Part shown: positions 26,072-39,798 of the stretch, in pieces
How the letters are laid out: each line of letters begins with the position of its first letter
Position numbering within the stretch: the first letter of the stretch is position 1
Source: Octopus vulgaris
Lineage: Eukaryota
DNA length: 64,000 bases
NCBI GenBank assembly: GCA_951406725.2
Contig: OX597814.1
Span: 68,262,001-68,326,000 of the forward strand
Reading direction: 5' to 3'
Position numbers and translations under genes: made by a program
Notes under the pieces: model-generated
Told to the model about the DNA's origin: nothing
Seen by the model: only the letters and a program-made list of their open reading frames with translations
The model's database searches: none

Positions 26072-28331
26072 TTAAGATAATCAATCTCTCAAACAAAGAA
26101 CTTACACCTAACGAAATAAGCATACTCTCCAAAGGACTTAAATTTACACCCACCCCACAACGTTCTAATTACTATGAAATGAAAGATGATATTTCGGAAT
26201 TTTGCAGAAAACTAAGACTCACCGAGGCATTTCAAGACAAACAAATAGAGGAGGACTCAATAGCTAGAAACAAGAGCAATTACACCCCCACCAAGGGTAA
26301 GAATAAAGCCTTAGACCGCTATTGTGACTACATAACTAATTTCCCGTTTCAATTCATCAAGAAACAAAAACACAGCCCTAACTTCAACAAAAGAGAATGG
26401 AACGACCCCATCAAACTAAGAGAAGACAAAGCAATAACAATTAAGGAGGCAGATAAGGGCAACGCGATAGTAATAATGAATACAAACGATTATAAAAATT
26501 TAGTGCTATCCCTATTAAGAGATGAAACGTATTATGAAAGGGCCCAACAGTATAACCAGCAAAAAATAATGCATAACCTTAGGACATTAATCAACACATA
26601 CCAAGAAGGACTCACGAACAAGGAGTATGAATACATCACTAACTTCAAATGCAAATCGAGTTTGTTCTATGGTATCCCTAAGGTACACAAAAGCCAAACA
26701 TTAGAGAAACGTGCAAAACATCCACCGACACACTCATCAAAATCCCTTCACCAAATGATCTTAAACTAAGACCGATAATAGCAGGGCCAGTATGTGAAAC
26801 TCACCGCCTCAGCAATTTCTTAGACACACTTCTTAAACCTTTCCTAAAACGCATCAAAAGCTACGTAAGAGACGATATAGATATGCTCAACCACCTCCCT
26901 AAAACAGTCAATGAGAAAACCCTTCTAGTATCATTCGACGTAGTTAATCTTTATTCTAACATCCCTCACAACCTAGGAATAGAAGTGATCACCTTCTGGC
27001 TGAATAACTACCCCTTTGAACTCCCAACTCGCATAAACAAAGACCTTATAATAGAAGGACTTAGATTCATTTTAGAGAACAATTATTTTATTTTTGACAA
27101 TGATTTCTACAGGCAAAGATCGGGAACAGCGATGGGCACGCGTACTGCACCATCTTTTGCCAACCTAGTGATGGGATACCTCGAGAAAATACTATACCGG
27201 ATGACACTCGAGAAATATGGAAACACCTTCGCCACCTATATCCATAACAACTGGAAAAAATACCTCGATGACTGTTTCATCATCTGGGACAAAGGTATAG
27301 AGAAACTCGAGGAATTTAAAATACTATTAAATGGAATAAATGACAATATACAATTCACGATGGACCACAACGAAAAAGAATTACCATTTTTAGACATCCT
27401 CATTAAGAAAACCGGCAACAAAATAGAGACAGATATCTACTATAAACCAACAGACTCTAAACAGTACCTACCCTTTGATTCATGCCACCCACGACACACT
27501 AGAATGAATGTCCCTTTTTGTTTAGCTAGAAGGATTTGCACCATAATATCAGACACAAACACCCGACACACACGTCTCCAGGAACTTAGAACCACACTCA
27601 CAAATAGAAACTATCCACAGCCCCTAATAGACAGTGCAATCCAACGGGTACTTAAATTAAGTATAGAAGACCTGAGACAAACAAAACCAAAAAAGAAAGA
27701 ACAATTAAAGACCCTTCCCTACATCTCTACACATAACCCACTCAACAATGAGGCCTTCAACACCATACTACAAAGCACAGCCCTACTAAAGGGAGACCCA
27801 AAGATGAACCGGATCCTCGAAACACACACCATCATTAAAAGTAAACGGCAACCAAAATCCTTGAAAAGGATTTTAACCCAAGCTACACTGCACTCAACAT
27901 CAACCACAAAACCAGCAGTTAGAAAATGTGGAAGGCCAACTGCGGAATCTGTCATCTTCGAAGAAGGATCAGAATTTATACTGGAACAAGGCCACCAGTT
28001 CACCATTAGAGCAAACTTCACCTGCGCATCAGAAAACTTAATTTACGTCATAACATGCGCAGGCTGCAATAGGCAGTATATAGGCCATACAAAAAATAGC
28101 TTACGTAACAGGATGGCGGTGCATAAATCACAAATTAGAAACCCTGATTACCGCAAAATACCGGTCAGCGGACACATAGATAGATGTGCTGGAAATGTAA
28201 ATCCGAAATTTACAACTAACCCGCTCTATAAATTCAGTGACAACGCAACCTTCACACAACGCCAAAATAAAGAACTATATTTCATAAAAAAATTTAGACC
28301 AAGTTTAAACACCCTGGGCCAAGAATACTAA
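26038..28331 (+). pseudogene. PLE RT + GIY-YIG ORF2, frameshifted near 26700 and by compensating indels near 27937-27960
   Basis: NLS...LSKGLKFTP, ADKGN, FYGIPKVHK / LRPIIAG, SFDVVNLYSNIP, GTAMG, YLDD, LIYVITC..C..QYIG. Confidence 0.92.
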
Positions 28332-28496
28332 AACAAAAGATAAGTCCTCCGAAAAGGAGAAGCAAAATTCCACCACGGCCGCTACTTTAAACAGACACTC
28401 GCTCTGACGGAAATATGCCTTAGTAAAAAAGGAAAAAAATTCTTTCGTGCAAATCTGACCCTGATACATACGATACAGCTAAGGGTCAGACCCGAT

Positions 28497-28871
28497 TCTG
28501 ATTGGTCAACAAGTTGATGACGTCTAGCTCTGCTAGAATGGACAGGATACAAACAGGGGACAGTCATTAGTCAGAATATTGATGACGTCCTTTTCTGCTT
28601 GACTAGTCACCTAACAAGTACAGACAGGGGGCAGATCTAATGTAGCTATAAGTCGTGATTGGGCAGAATCTGGATGACGTCCCGTTCTGCTTGACTAACG
28701 AAGCGACTGGTCAAAACAGGAAACAAACAAGAGGCAGTTATAATGCAGCGATTGGTCAAAATAATGATGACGTCCCGTTCTGCTTGACTAAAGCCACCTA
28801 ACGAAACGATTGGTCAAAACGTTGATGACGTCACGCTACGCTGGATTGACCACCTAACAGGCATTATAAAA
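28497..28871 (+). promoter_or_regulatory. Five ATTGG(CCAAT)/TGACGTC(CRE) modules followed by TATAAAA in the PLE 3' UTR
   Basis: ATTGG at 28501, 28658, 28751, 28809 (ATTAG at 28566), each 17 nt before TGACGTC; TATAAAA at 28865-28871. Confidence 0.65.
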
Positions 28872-29307
28872 CCGAGCACTTCACAAAACCCACTAGAACC
28901 ACCCAGCGAACATCCACCATGGGTCATCACAATTGCTTAAGGTAAAAATGAATTCCTCGCTCTTTCGGAAACATCAATCTTCTGTATTGACCGCTTTCCA
29001 CCACTTTGATCTGTTTTTGTATTGAATACGTATCGCCACCGTGGGCCACTGCATCGAACACTTTGAACATATACTTCAAACTATATATCAACTATACATG
29101 AACTATATATCAACTATACATGAACTCTAAGATGTCTGACTCCGTTGTGTATTATACATGAATTTCTTGTGTTTGACGGCATGAGCTGTCTTTTTTTATA
29201 TATAACTTTTTTTGATAAGGTTCATTTCAGGAACTGAAACATGTTATAATGTATATATAAAAATTAAAAATTGTATAATACAGCAGCATTTTCGAACTTC
29301 ATTTTTT

Positions 29308-29348
<41 letters not shown>

Positions 29349-29400
29349 CATACATATATATATATATATACATACATATATATATATATATACACACATT

Positions 29401-29445
<45 letters not shown>

Positions 29446-29457
29446 ATATATATATAC

Positions 29458-29512
<55 letters not shown>

Positions 29513-29582
29513 AATATATACATATACATATATATATATGTATATATACACACACACACACATATATATGTGTGTGTGTGTG

Positions 29583-29883
29583 TGTGGCTGTGTGGTAAGT
29601 AGCTTGCTTACCAACCACAAGGTTCCGGGTTCAGTCCCACTGTCTAGCACCTTGCGCAAGTGACTTCTACTATAGCCTCGAGTCGACCAAGCCTTGTGAG
29701 TGGATTTGGTAGACGGAAACTGAAAGAAGCCCATTGTATATATGTATATGTATGTCCGTATATATTTGTGTGTCTGTTCTCTTTTTGCCGAATCGCTTGG
29801 TTACGGGGATGTAAATACACCAGCATCGGTTGTCAATCGGTTGGGGGGACAAACACAGACACACACACACACACACACACACA

Positions 29884-29923
<40 letters not shown>

Positions 29924-29944
29924 ATGTATATATATGTATGTATG

Positions 29945-29995
<51 letters not shown>

Positions 29996-30140
29996 CTCAA
30001 TTCCGCGCAGTTTCAATCTACCAAATCCATTCAGAAGGCATTGGTTAGACCCCAGGGCTAATGTAGAAGCCATTTTCCCAAGTTGCTACATTTCAAACCA
30101 CGTAATTACAAAGTGGTTTCTTAAACACATAGCCGTGCAT
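29583..30140. mobile_element. Two SINE-A pieces joined in opposite orientation (+ 29583 to about 29770; - about 29775-30140)
   Basis: Head and core on the + strand, then reverse-complement body and head. Confidence 0.75.
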
Positions 30141-31212
30141 CCGCTTATATCTGTATTATCTCGCGTTTATTTATGGTTTCCACACATTATATAACTATGT
30201 CTCTGTCACCGATAAAGTATGGTGGTATGCAAGCGCATTTATTTCAAATACAGTTAAGAAAACCTTTCCGGATATACTTAGTGTTCCAGTTTTTCGAGTA
30301 GCAAATATATTATTAGTCAACGTGAACTCAAAATTATATAGTTTAGATGGAACCAATGGTGTTTGATAAATAACGAACAAAGCTGTTAATCATACCTTAC
30401 AACATTAATTTTAACGGAATATATACAACCATAGCACTTTTCGTTTTCATGATTTGATCAAGGTGAAAAATGTTTTTCAATCCTCAAATAAATACATAAA
30501 TTATTATACTACTTTAATTGGTTTACACTTATAGAAGGTATCATGCCGTCATTCAATAAGGAAACCTCGAGAATAGCAAAAAATGTTGATAATGTTGGTA
30601 AAGAAACCTTATTTTGCTTTTATAACCCACTCCGCTGTTTATACTAAAAACTGAAAACTACAATTTGATATATTTCACCTAAATGTAATAACATTTCGAA
30701 TCAGTAGAAATACATAAATACTGAAGTTAACATCTTTATTCCAATCAATTCAGTTCATATGCGGCCCTCAGACGGCCTGGGGTGTAATATAAAATTGAAG
30801 CAACTAAAATTTATTCAAACTTGATAGGGCTAAAATATAATAACGATTATTTGTGAGCGTCAGCTAACTTTCAAGACCATGGTATTATTGTCGATAAAAA
30901 CTTAAAATGTACAAGTAGTTTCCTAAGAAAAGCTTTCTATGATATTTAGAAAATTCCAGGAGTGCAATATAGTATAAGTATATAATGTGATACTCTGCAA
31001 ATAATACGTATTACCTCAATATATAAAATGAATTTATATGTTGTGATCTCCTGCCAAATTCAATCAATTCTAGAAACACCAGGCTCCCTTAATTTTAGTA
31101 AAATTGTTTTTCCTATTTTTGATATGTTGGCTTACTACCAACATATATTGCATATATTCTCATGTATATACATATTAAATCATAGGCGACCAGGGGATAT
31201 TGCAGTGCTCCC

Positions 31213-31301
<89 letters not shown>

Positions 31302-31429
31302 GCCAAACGCACACGTACAAAGTATATAAAAGGTATGCGATTTCTACCTTCGATAAAATACAACGCTATATTGAAACTGTCCTTTTAGATTCACACTTTG
31401 CACATGGCCATTTACATACATACATACAC

Positions 31430-31462
<33 letters not shown>

Positions 31463-31510
31463 CATACATATATATGTATATATACATAAATGTGGATATA
31501 TACATACATG

Positions 31511-31557
<47 letters not shown>

Positions 31558-31584
31558 ATATACATATATACACATACATACATA

Positions 31585-31790
31585 CGAAGGAATGCTGAAA
31601 AGTTCCTGGCTTTGGGTAAAAGAAAATACAGGAGGATCAGTTAATTATGATTTTATTCAACATATTCCCTGCTCAGATTCATATACTTATTGCAGCGGTC
31701 CTTCAGCTTTTTTCAGATTTGTAAAAGAACTCGGAAATTTGGGCCTCCAGTCAGGCCTTTGGCGATGCCCTTAATGTCAGGAACTACTCA
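31585..31790. mobile_element. Mariner terminal fragment
   Basis: TA|CGAAGGAATGCTGAAAAGT, similar to the TIR of 10149-10685, again at a (CATA)n tract. Confidence 0.5.
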
Positions 31791-31836
31791 GCCACTCCTG
31801 GCATATATGCATGTATGTGTGTGTGTGTGTGTGTGC

Positions 31837-31867
<31 letters not shown>

Positions 31868-31870
<3 letters not shown>

Positions 31871-31965
31871 CTCTTTTACTTGTTTCAGTCATTTGACTGT
31901 GGCTATACTGGAGCACCGCCTTTAGTCGAGCAAATCGACCCCAAGACTTATTCTTTGTAAGCCTT
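31868..31965 (-). mobile_element. SINE-A 3' fragment
   Basis: Matches the SINE-A tail. Confidence 0.8.
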
Positions 31966-32570
31966 TGAAAACCGTCGAAGGGTGGTTGTGAAGATCTTTT
32001 CATTTCCCAGTTGCCCCTGGATGCCATTAAAAAAATCGATAAACCGACCCCTTATGTTTCAGGTAACAAAAGTCTTTAATACAAGGGACGTAACTCACTT
32101 AATCCAGCTGTTTAATCAAAAGATATTAATCTAAAGATATTAAACCATAGCAAGGGAAACAACTCTTTAAAACTCTGCATTTCCCTCCCTTTGTTATGTA
32201 TCACACCTCAATACTATACCGGACCAATTTATCCAATTTAGGACCGGAACTGTCCGGGATTTCTGGGTTTTCCAGTTTCCCAGAGAATTTCTAAACGTTT
32301 GCTTAAAATCTCTATAACTATAAATGGCAAAATATCTGTTTTTTGATTGGACGGAGATAATTTTACACATGACAGTTGGATGCGCGTACGTATTTGTAGA
32401 CAGTCTGTATGACTCTGCGCATTTTTGTGTTTTGCGATGATGCGTTATCATGTGTTTTGGTTTTCAAACGTGCAAGCTTTTTTGATTTGAGAAATGCAGG
32501 GAATAATTAACGAGTTAGACCAAGTGAATGACAAGAGAGAGGGATTTTCATGAAAGACTAAATATGCTTG

Positions 32571-32610
32571 ACTAGTACTAGACCCGAAAACGTCGGGTCA
32601 TAGTGCTAGT
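32571..32610 (+). mobile_element. Helitron-like 3' terminus
   Basis: GACCCGA/TCGGGTC hairpin followed by CTAG-T; 5' end not identified. Confidence 0.45.
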
Positions 32611-32673
<63 letters not shown>

Positions 32674-32692
32674 TGTATGTATACATTATATA

Positions 32693-32737
<45 letters not shown>

Positions 32738-33203
32738 ATAGAAATGGTAAGACAACAAAAGAATAAAAGAGACCTCGATATTATGTAAATAGAGGAATTT
32801 ATCTGTAAATATATGTGGCATTTATTCGGTAGCTATGATAAAACTCCGAGTTTCGGATGTCGGGGCGGAAACCCACGCCGCCATCTCTTCAGTTACCCGG
32901 CCATCGAAAAATGCTATGAAAATGACCGTTAAACAGAGGGAAATTACTGTGTGATTGACCGTTATTAAGACAAGAGAGCTTTTAGAATGACCAGTAAGTG
33001 ACGAGAGAGAGTAAAGGTAAGGGAGTAAAAATGTTCATAGTATTCGCGTAAGTTCGCATGTCCATACCTACACATGTGCGCCAACACACCCACGCACATG
33101 CGCCTATTAGTATATACTCATCCACCCTCACTTGAAACACACATGCTCACCCACACTTTCGCCAAATATATATGTATATATACCCGCATACAAGTTTACA
33201 CAC

Positions 33204-34709
33204 ACGCTGGAAAAAGCAAAAGTTAACCAGGAAAAGTCGGTCGGCTTGCAACTCGGCAACTGGAGGGGCAAGTCGATGAATTCGAACAGCGTCGTAGGAC
33301 GCTGGAAGGAGGGCCCTATTAAGTTGCTAGGAATCTGGGTTGGCCCAGATCTCCAGATTGAAAAGAACTGGGCTGAGGTCTCGAGCAGAGTGGCCAGCAT
33401 AGTCAGGACCTGGTCTTGGCGGTGGCTATCCTTGAAAGGGAGGGAGGAGGTGGCCAATGTGTTTATCGCATCGGCCATCATATCGTGTTCCGTCTTTCCG
33501 TCGTGCCTTGCCCAGATTCGTGGTTAAACAGGTTGGAGAGGCAGAAATTTCGCATTTTATGGAAGAACTCCGCTCCACTTGTAAGACATTCTATCTGCTG
33601 TCAAAAACCGTTAAAGGGTGGGTTAGGGATGTCTTGGCTATTTATGCGCAAGCATGCGCTGAGATTGAGGCATCTCTGGCTCTACCTGGATGGTGAACGA
33701 GTGTGGTCTCTGTTTACTAGACGGATGTTTCCCAGTTTTACTAGTTTTGGCGGTAGAGAAGACTGATTTCGCCGAAGATCGAAGTTGAGTAACTGGTATA
33801 CGGAGTGCCGCAAGGCACTTCTCAATTTCCGCAGCTCGGGCAATGCCAGCGGTTTCGGTACCAGCGCAGCTTTTTATAGTAGGTTGGTTGAAGCTGGAAA
33901 TGACGATGCCCTGGGAAGGACCTTGGGCCTCGATGATAATCGAAGAACATTCGGGCCGAAGACACTAGATAATTTCCAAAAGTCTTTGGCCTGGCAGTAT
34001 TACCGAGAAGCCCTACCCGTTCGGGATAAACTCACGTGACACGGCCACCCCGGGCCGACGACATGTCCAAGATGCGGGCGGAGTGTGGAAACCGTCCTGC
34101 ATGCTATTGTGCAGTGTCCGGGTATTTCACAAGTCTGGGTTTATGCAGAACACCTGTTGCCAGATGGGAGAAGAGTACAGCTATCGGCTGAGTCAATTTT
34201 AAAAATTAACCCACCGGATTTCCTGAAGGAATGAAGTAATTGTTTTCTCGTGGTAGTAGCAATTGCGAGAGAGGTGATATGGAAGTCGAGAATGAAAGGT
34301 ATCGTGACAAACACCGGCGTCTCTGGCCTCGCCCTCATGAAAATGTTCACTTTTTATTTGAAAAGGAAGGTGGGGCTGGAAAGGAGGTGCTTGTCAGAGA
34401 GTGAGTTTAAAAAACAATGGACGCGTGTAGCACGCATGTTGGGAGTGAAAGGTCCTGCGTGATCATGCTAGTGTGACTAACAGTAGGTCGGTGTTAAAGA
34501 CAGGGTTCGCGGGGTCGGAGCATACCTGTTTCGAACACCTCATCTTGTAAATTATTGTTTGTAATTTACTGTTTGTAATTTATTGAATTGTTACTCATTC
34601 GATTTCATTATACTCGTAAAATTTTATTATATCATCCGTTTGTATGTGACCCCGGTCATGTTGTGTTGTTCCCTATATGATGGCTCTTTATGGGTAATAA
34701 GACGAAAAA
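33204..34709 (+). mobile_element. 5'-truncated L1/Tx1 ORF2 3' part (late RT plus zinc finger), pseudogene
   Basis: KVNQEKS, IKLLGIW, LSLKGR, GGLG, CPRC...ETVLHAIVQC; T-rich 3' UTR ending in a small hairpin and AATAA. Confidence 0.85.
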
Positions 34710-35437
34710 CAGATCCCAAAGTCTAACCAGTTCGTGCGAGTTCTTGGTATTTTTTGTCTGTTGAATTGGTTTTGTGAAATTTTAATTGTTGTGTGCTGCT
34801 TTGCAGTTGTTCGTGCTTTCTCTCATTGAGAGTTGGCAATGGCTAACAAAAGAAATTTGTTTTACTCAGACCTTGGCGGGTCTGAGTTGTCAACATCTGA
34901 GGATGAACTATTAAGGGTTATTGATGATATGGGCGAGGAATTGGAAGGAAGAAAGAGGGCGTTCGCGGACGTCGCCCGAGAATCGGATGACAATGTTGAA
35001 ATATAATTGCACAAATTCAAGAAATTATTAAGTCGGGACGGTTACAATGCGCAAGTAACCCCACCCAGCATGAAACAACAAAAATAATACAAACAAGAAC
35101 GGTGATGTACAAGACCTACTCGGTTAAGAAAGATAAAATTGACCACATGGCAACAGAGCAAATAGAGAAAGTGCTGAGGCCAGTCTGGCAAGAAATAACA
35201 TACCTTGGCAGAGGGGCTAAATTTGGAGAAGTCGAAATCAGATATAAAAACGAAAATACGGCGAAAAACTATGCGGCAACCCCTCTAAGGAATGAAGAGC
35301 TAGTACTTCTACCCGCGTAAATGGGACAGAGAGCGTCTCGGGTAATTGTAGAAGGAATTCAACAGGAGATAGATGTGGCCGGGATAGCGGCGGTTGTCTT
35401 GGTTGAAACCGATGACAAAATAGCGGGGCAGGTTCGT
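34710..35437 (+). mobile_element. 5' UTR and ORF1 start of an L1/Tx1-like element, directly downstream of the preceding element
   Basis: KTYS...ITYLGRGAKFG.V.I.Y...A..PL....LLPA.MG resembles the ORF1s at 37055 and 54788. Confidence 0.65.
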
Positions 35438-35482
<45 letters not shown>

Positions 35483-36373
35483 TCACACGCGCACACACTC
35501 CTGTGCGCGCGGACTGATATCGTATGAATTTGTATTAACTTTTTTTATTCTTTTACAGGTTGCAGTGTGAGTGGTTCTACCAAGTATTAGTAAATAGCTG
35601 TGTTATATTAGCAATTTAACAAGCAGAAAACCGGTAATATGCAAGATACTATTCGTTTTTCTACACCTGAAGGTGACTTTGCCCAAGGTACAGCTAATTT
35701 TTTGTAGTATTGTCTTGGTATTAGAAACCACGTACAACGGTGTACATTGATTTAGGCATATATGCATATACAAAGAAATAATTGGATGGAAGCTTATATT
35801 TGCAGTTTCTGAATCTCTTTGTGTGCCGATAGGTTTGTAAAAAAGCTTTATTCAATTTCCACTGTTTAAAAAATCGTTTTTCATCCTGAATATTTAACCA
35901 CGTAGAACAATCTCATTGTATCATAAATACGCACATGTATTGAAGAAGAAATAAACGCATTGCTTTTGAATAGATGTATTATATCGCACTGTTGGAAAAA
36001 TATATTCCTAATGACAATGTGTGTTCAAAAGAATATTAATATCAACAACTCTCTCACTGTCATTTACTCTCTACATGCACATACATATACTTATATATGT
36101 ACATACATGTACATGTATACTAATATATATATAGATATACGGATACATACAGCATCCCATCAATCAGAAGTGAAAAATAAATTATTACATATATCCACAT
36201 TCTCTTTATGCTACGATATCAGTGTGGCCTTTCTTGACGGACAGTTTCGCGGCTTATTGACCGCGTCTCCAAGAAGATCTGTCCGAATTGCTACCGCAAT
36301 CAATAACATAGATCAGCTACTGCGTAATACAGTCATGATCTCATAATTTAGGCCACCATTGTAAACATATATT

Positions 36374-36420
<47 letters not shown>

Positions 36421-38552
36421 TTGACTGCGGCCATGCTGGAGCACCGCCTTTGGGCGAACAAATCGACAAAAGAGACCGATAGAATAAGTGCTAGGCTTCC
36501 AAAGAGTAAGTCCTAGATGACACTTGCCCAAAGTGCTACGCAGTGAGACTGAACCTGAATCCATGTAGTTGGTAAGCAAGCAACTTACCAACGCTTGGCA
36601 TGCGTTGCTCAGTGTTTACTTTGCACTGCTAGGAGTCACGTCGCTGTACACCAACGTCGTGAATTGTTGAACAAGTTTAGCACAACTACCAGGCAAGACA
36701 TTTGTTATTTTGGTATTCAGTGGGGGCTTGTTGCTCGTGTTTATATATTTTTGTCGAACAATAAATCTCCACTGAGTTCCACACATTTATCTGCCTGTAG
36801 TTGGGTTTAAAGTCTCAGGGCCGAGAAGTATGTTTGGGGGGGCGTATCCCTCCGCCTATAATTGTGCTTATTTTTTACTATTTTTGTGTGACTGTTTTGT
36901 GTCCTTACCAAGAGGATTACCGAGTTGGCCGTGAGTACCAGGACAGCCAGAATAATTTGCTGTGTTTTGGAACTGCTTCTTGTCTTCATCCTTCCTTCCT
37001 ACATTTTTTTTTAACTCTGTGAAATTTTGTTTTTGTGAACGTTTTCCCCCCAAAATGGCAAAAAAGACAAACAACACTACGTTGGAGTGGGAGATTGTCC
37101 CACCCAAACAGTGGATGAAAGACTTTGAAGAGAGGACGGTGGTACTCTAAGTCGCTCAACACCATCGCCCTCTTTCAAAGGACTCAAATTGAAAAAGAGT
37201 TGCCAGAGTATTTGCCAACTATTAAATTCATCTCCAGGTGGTTGCTATTTGACACCCCTGAGGAAGCTCGAAAATTTGCAAGCCAGCCCTTAGAGGGCAA
37301 AGAGATTTTTTTTCTTCCCACGTATGGTGGGAAGAAGTTGACAAGAGCTTGGGTCTTTGGGTGCCACCCGTGATAGAAACCGAGTGGGTAGAGGACACTA
37401 TCCGCCGGGGGCTGGGTGGCAGCGGATCCAAGCTGGTTAATGTTAAAATTTTGCCGGCAACTGATTGGGTTGGGTCAAAAGCTGTTTTGACCCTGTGGAC
37501 CCAATCAGCAAAGAATTTGGTTTTTCCAGAATTCTTTTGAAAATGGTCAGTTGCAGGTACCCGGTGATCCTTGAGGGACGCCCCCACCAAGTGTCACCTG
37601 TACCTGGAACCTGGCCACATCAAAAAGAACTGTTCCCAAGACCAGAGTATGGTCCTAGAATAGTTGGTTGTGGAAGAGCCGCCGCTCCTCCTCCGGAGGG
37701 AGAGATGGAGATAGTCGAGGAGGTAGAGACCTCCCCGGAAAAAAGGGGAAAAGGAAGAAGGTGGGCAACAATGATTGCTCACCGAAGGACCCTAAAGCTG
37801 CGGGAGGGAAGGGTGATCCTCCAGTTAAAGCGAAGGAACCACCCACTCCCGTATCAAAGAGAAAAAAAAAGAAAATGAATAGGACAGTGTCGGCGGATTG
37901 CAGTACACTGCCTGCATGTCCCGAAACCTCGTCGGTGGGAATTGTGCCACCGACGGATGAAACAGTGACCCCTTCCAGTGTAATAAATTAGGAATTTGTT
38001 ATCTCTTTTCTTAAGGGAGGGGCTGTAGAGAACTTTGAGAGGAATTTTGAAGGTCGGGAATAGGCGGTCCTAACCTGCATTGATAACTTGGATTGGCCAC
38101 TGCTGGTGGATGCGGAGGTCATAGAGGAAAATTATTTCCATAGGGTGATGGATTCCTTTACTAAGGAAGAATATAATTATCACTTTTGGGACCCAGGCTT
38201 GCAACTTCAGGATTGCCTGAAGGGGAGGCAGAGTAAGAGGTCTTAGCGCCTCGATTAGAACTTGAAGATTGGTAAGAGGCTTAGCGCCTAAAGTTGAATA
38301 TTTTCTGAACTTTTTTGATTGATAAGAGGCTCAACGACTCAATTTGTAATCATTGTAAGAGGTTAAACACCTCATTTGTGTTTTTTTTAAAGAACAATGT
38401 TATCGGGAAGTAATAATCGGCGGGCGTTGGCTGCTTCCCCGACCGACCATCTCTTTTTCATTCCATCATCATCAAGCTTCATCTGTATTATGCCCTTATG
38501 GCAAATGTAATGAAATAAAGCAAGCTACCAAGCACACAGCCATTCCTGCGCC
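36421..38552 (-). mobile_element. Deleted SINE-A split by an ORF1-only element
   Basis: Body at 36421-36590; head resumes at 38518-38552. Confidence 0.8.
36591..38517 (+). mobile_element. ORF1-only (HAL1-like) L1/Tx1 non-autonomous retroelement
   Basis: Frameshifted ORF1 MAKK...LEWEIVPPKQW...YPVILEGRP..CHLYLEPGHIKKNC; no APE or RT; TSD 36574-36590 / 38518-38534 (13/17). Confidence 0.8.
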
Positions 38553-38569
38553 AAATATATATGTATGTG

Positions 38570-38627
<58 letters not shown>

Positions 38628-39102
38628 GCGATGAACGGCAATGGGAAACTCAGAGTAACAGGTTTTGTTGAATTTTCTGCTGCTTTAAAGTATATATATA
38701 TATATATATATAAATGTCAACCAAGTGTGGCGTCCTATACGGGACTGGCTAACGACACACAGTCTGTCTCCGAGTAGTATTTGCGAGTGGGGTGAGTTTT
38801 CACCAGTAGCTGGTGATTAACAGAGAATACTCAGAATACACTGAATTCATGGAACCTGAATGCCAATGCATTGCATCCATGTGACCTTTATTTGAACACT
38901 TTCAATTCCTGGAATGTGAATTCAAATATACTGAATTAAGGGGACTTGAATTCAAATTCTCTAAATTTTGTGGGAATGTTAATTCAAATGTGTGGGGAAA
39001 ATAAGGTGTTTAAAGATGTTCCAGTTTTTTCTGTGTCGCTCAAACTAGGTTTTGAGCAAATCTGCAACTTGGTTTTTTGAATTTTCAATCTGTAACATCA
39101 AG

Positions 39103-39480
39103 TTACTCTTTACTTGTGTCAGTTATTTAACTGTGGCCATGCTGGAGCACCGCCTTTATTCGAGCAACTCGACCTCAGAACTTATTCTTTGTAAGTCTAG
39201 TACTTATTCTATCGGTCTCTTTTGCCGAACCGCTAAGTTACGGAAACGTAAACACATCAGCATCGGATGTCAAGCGATGTTGGGGGAACAAACACGGACA
39301 CACAAACATATACATATATACATATATACAACGGACTTCTTTCAATTCCCGTCTACCAAATCCACTCACAAGGCTTTGGTCGGCCAGAGGCTATAGTAGA
39401 CACCTACCCAAGGTGACACGCAGTGGGACTGAACCCGGAACCATGTGGTTGGTAAGCAAGCTACTTACCACACAGCCACT
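39103..39480 (-). mobile_element. SINE-A
   Basis: Near full-length reverse-complement copy. Confidence 0.88.
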
Positions 39481-39613
39481 TTCAGTTTTTTCTCTTGTTT
39501 TGATTCAATAAATAAATAAATACAGATATGCCATATAAATAGGTTAATGTTGAATACCTGACGCCTCTCAATAAGTAAAATATAAAAGGTAACATATAAA
39601 AGGTATTATGGAG

Positions 39614-39798
39614 TTGGCGGCGAGCTGGCAGAAACGTTAGCACGCCGGGCGAAATGCTTAGCGGTATTTCGTCTGCGTTACGTTGAGTTCAAATTCCGCC
39701 GAGGTCGATTTTGCCTTTCATCCTTTCGGGGTCGATAAATTAAGTACCAGTTACGCACTGGGGTCGATGTAATAGACTTAATACCTATGTCTGTCCTT
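39614..39798 (+). mobile_element. tRNA-derived SINE family B (OK-like); further copies at about 55325-55525 (-) and 57490-57683 (+)
   Basis: GGCGGCGAGCTGGCAGAAACGTTAGCA...GTTCAAATTCC...CCTTTCATCCTTTCGGGGTCGATAAA. Confidence 0.8.

Larger units (their letters stand above)
24362..29318 (+). mobile_element. Near-complete two-ORF Neptune-like PLE with 250-bp direct pseudo-LTRs, inserted in (TA)n
   Basis: 24362-24611 matches 29069-29318 with 1 mismatch; ORF1 plus RT-GIY-YIG ORF; (TA)n on both sides. Confidence 0.93.

Noticed and set aside
28497-28860. CRISPR-like repeat-spacer appearance
   Set aside because: Repeats are degenerate, spacers are mutually related, there are no cas genes and the context is eukaryotic
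35558-35690. Possible plus-strand exon after ttttacAG
   Set aside because: No recognisable protein and no partner exons
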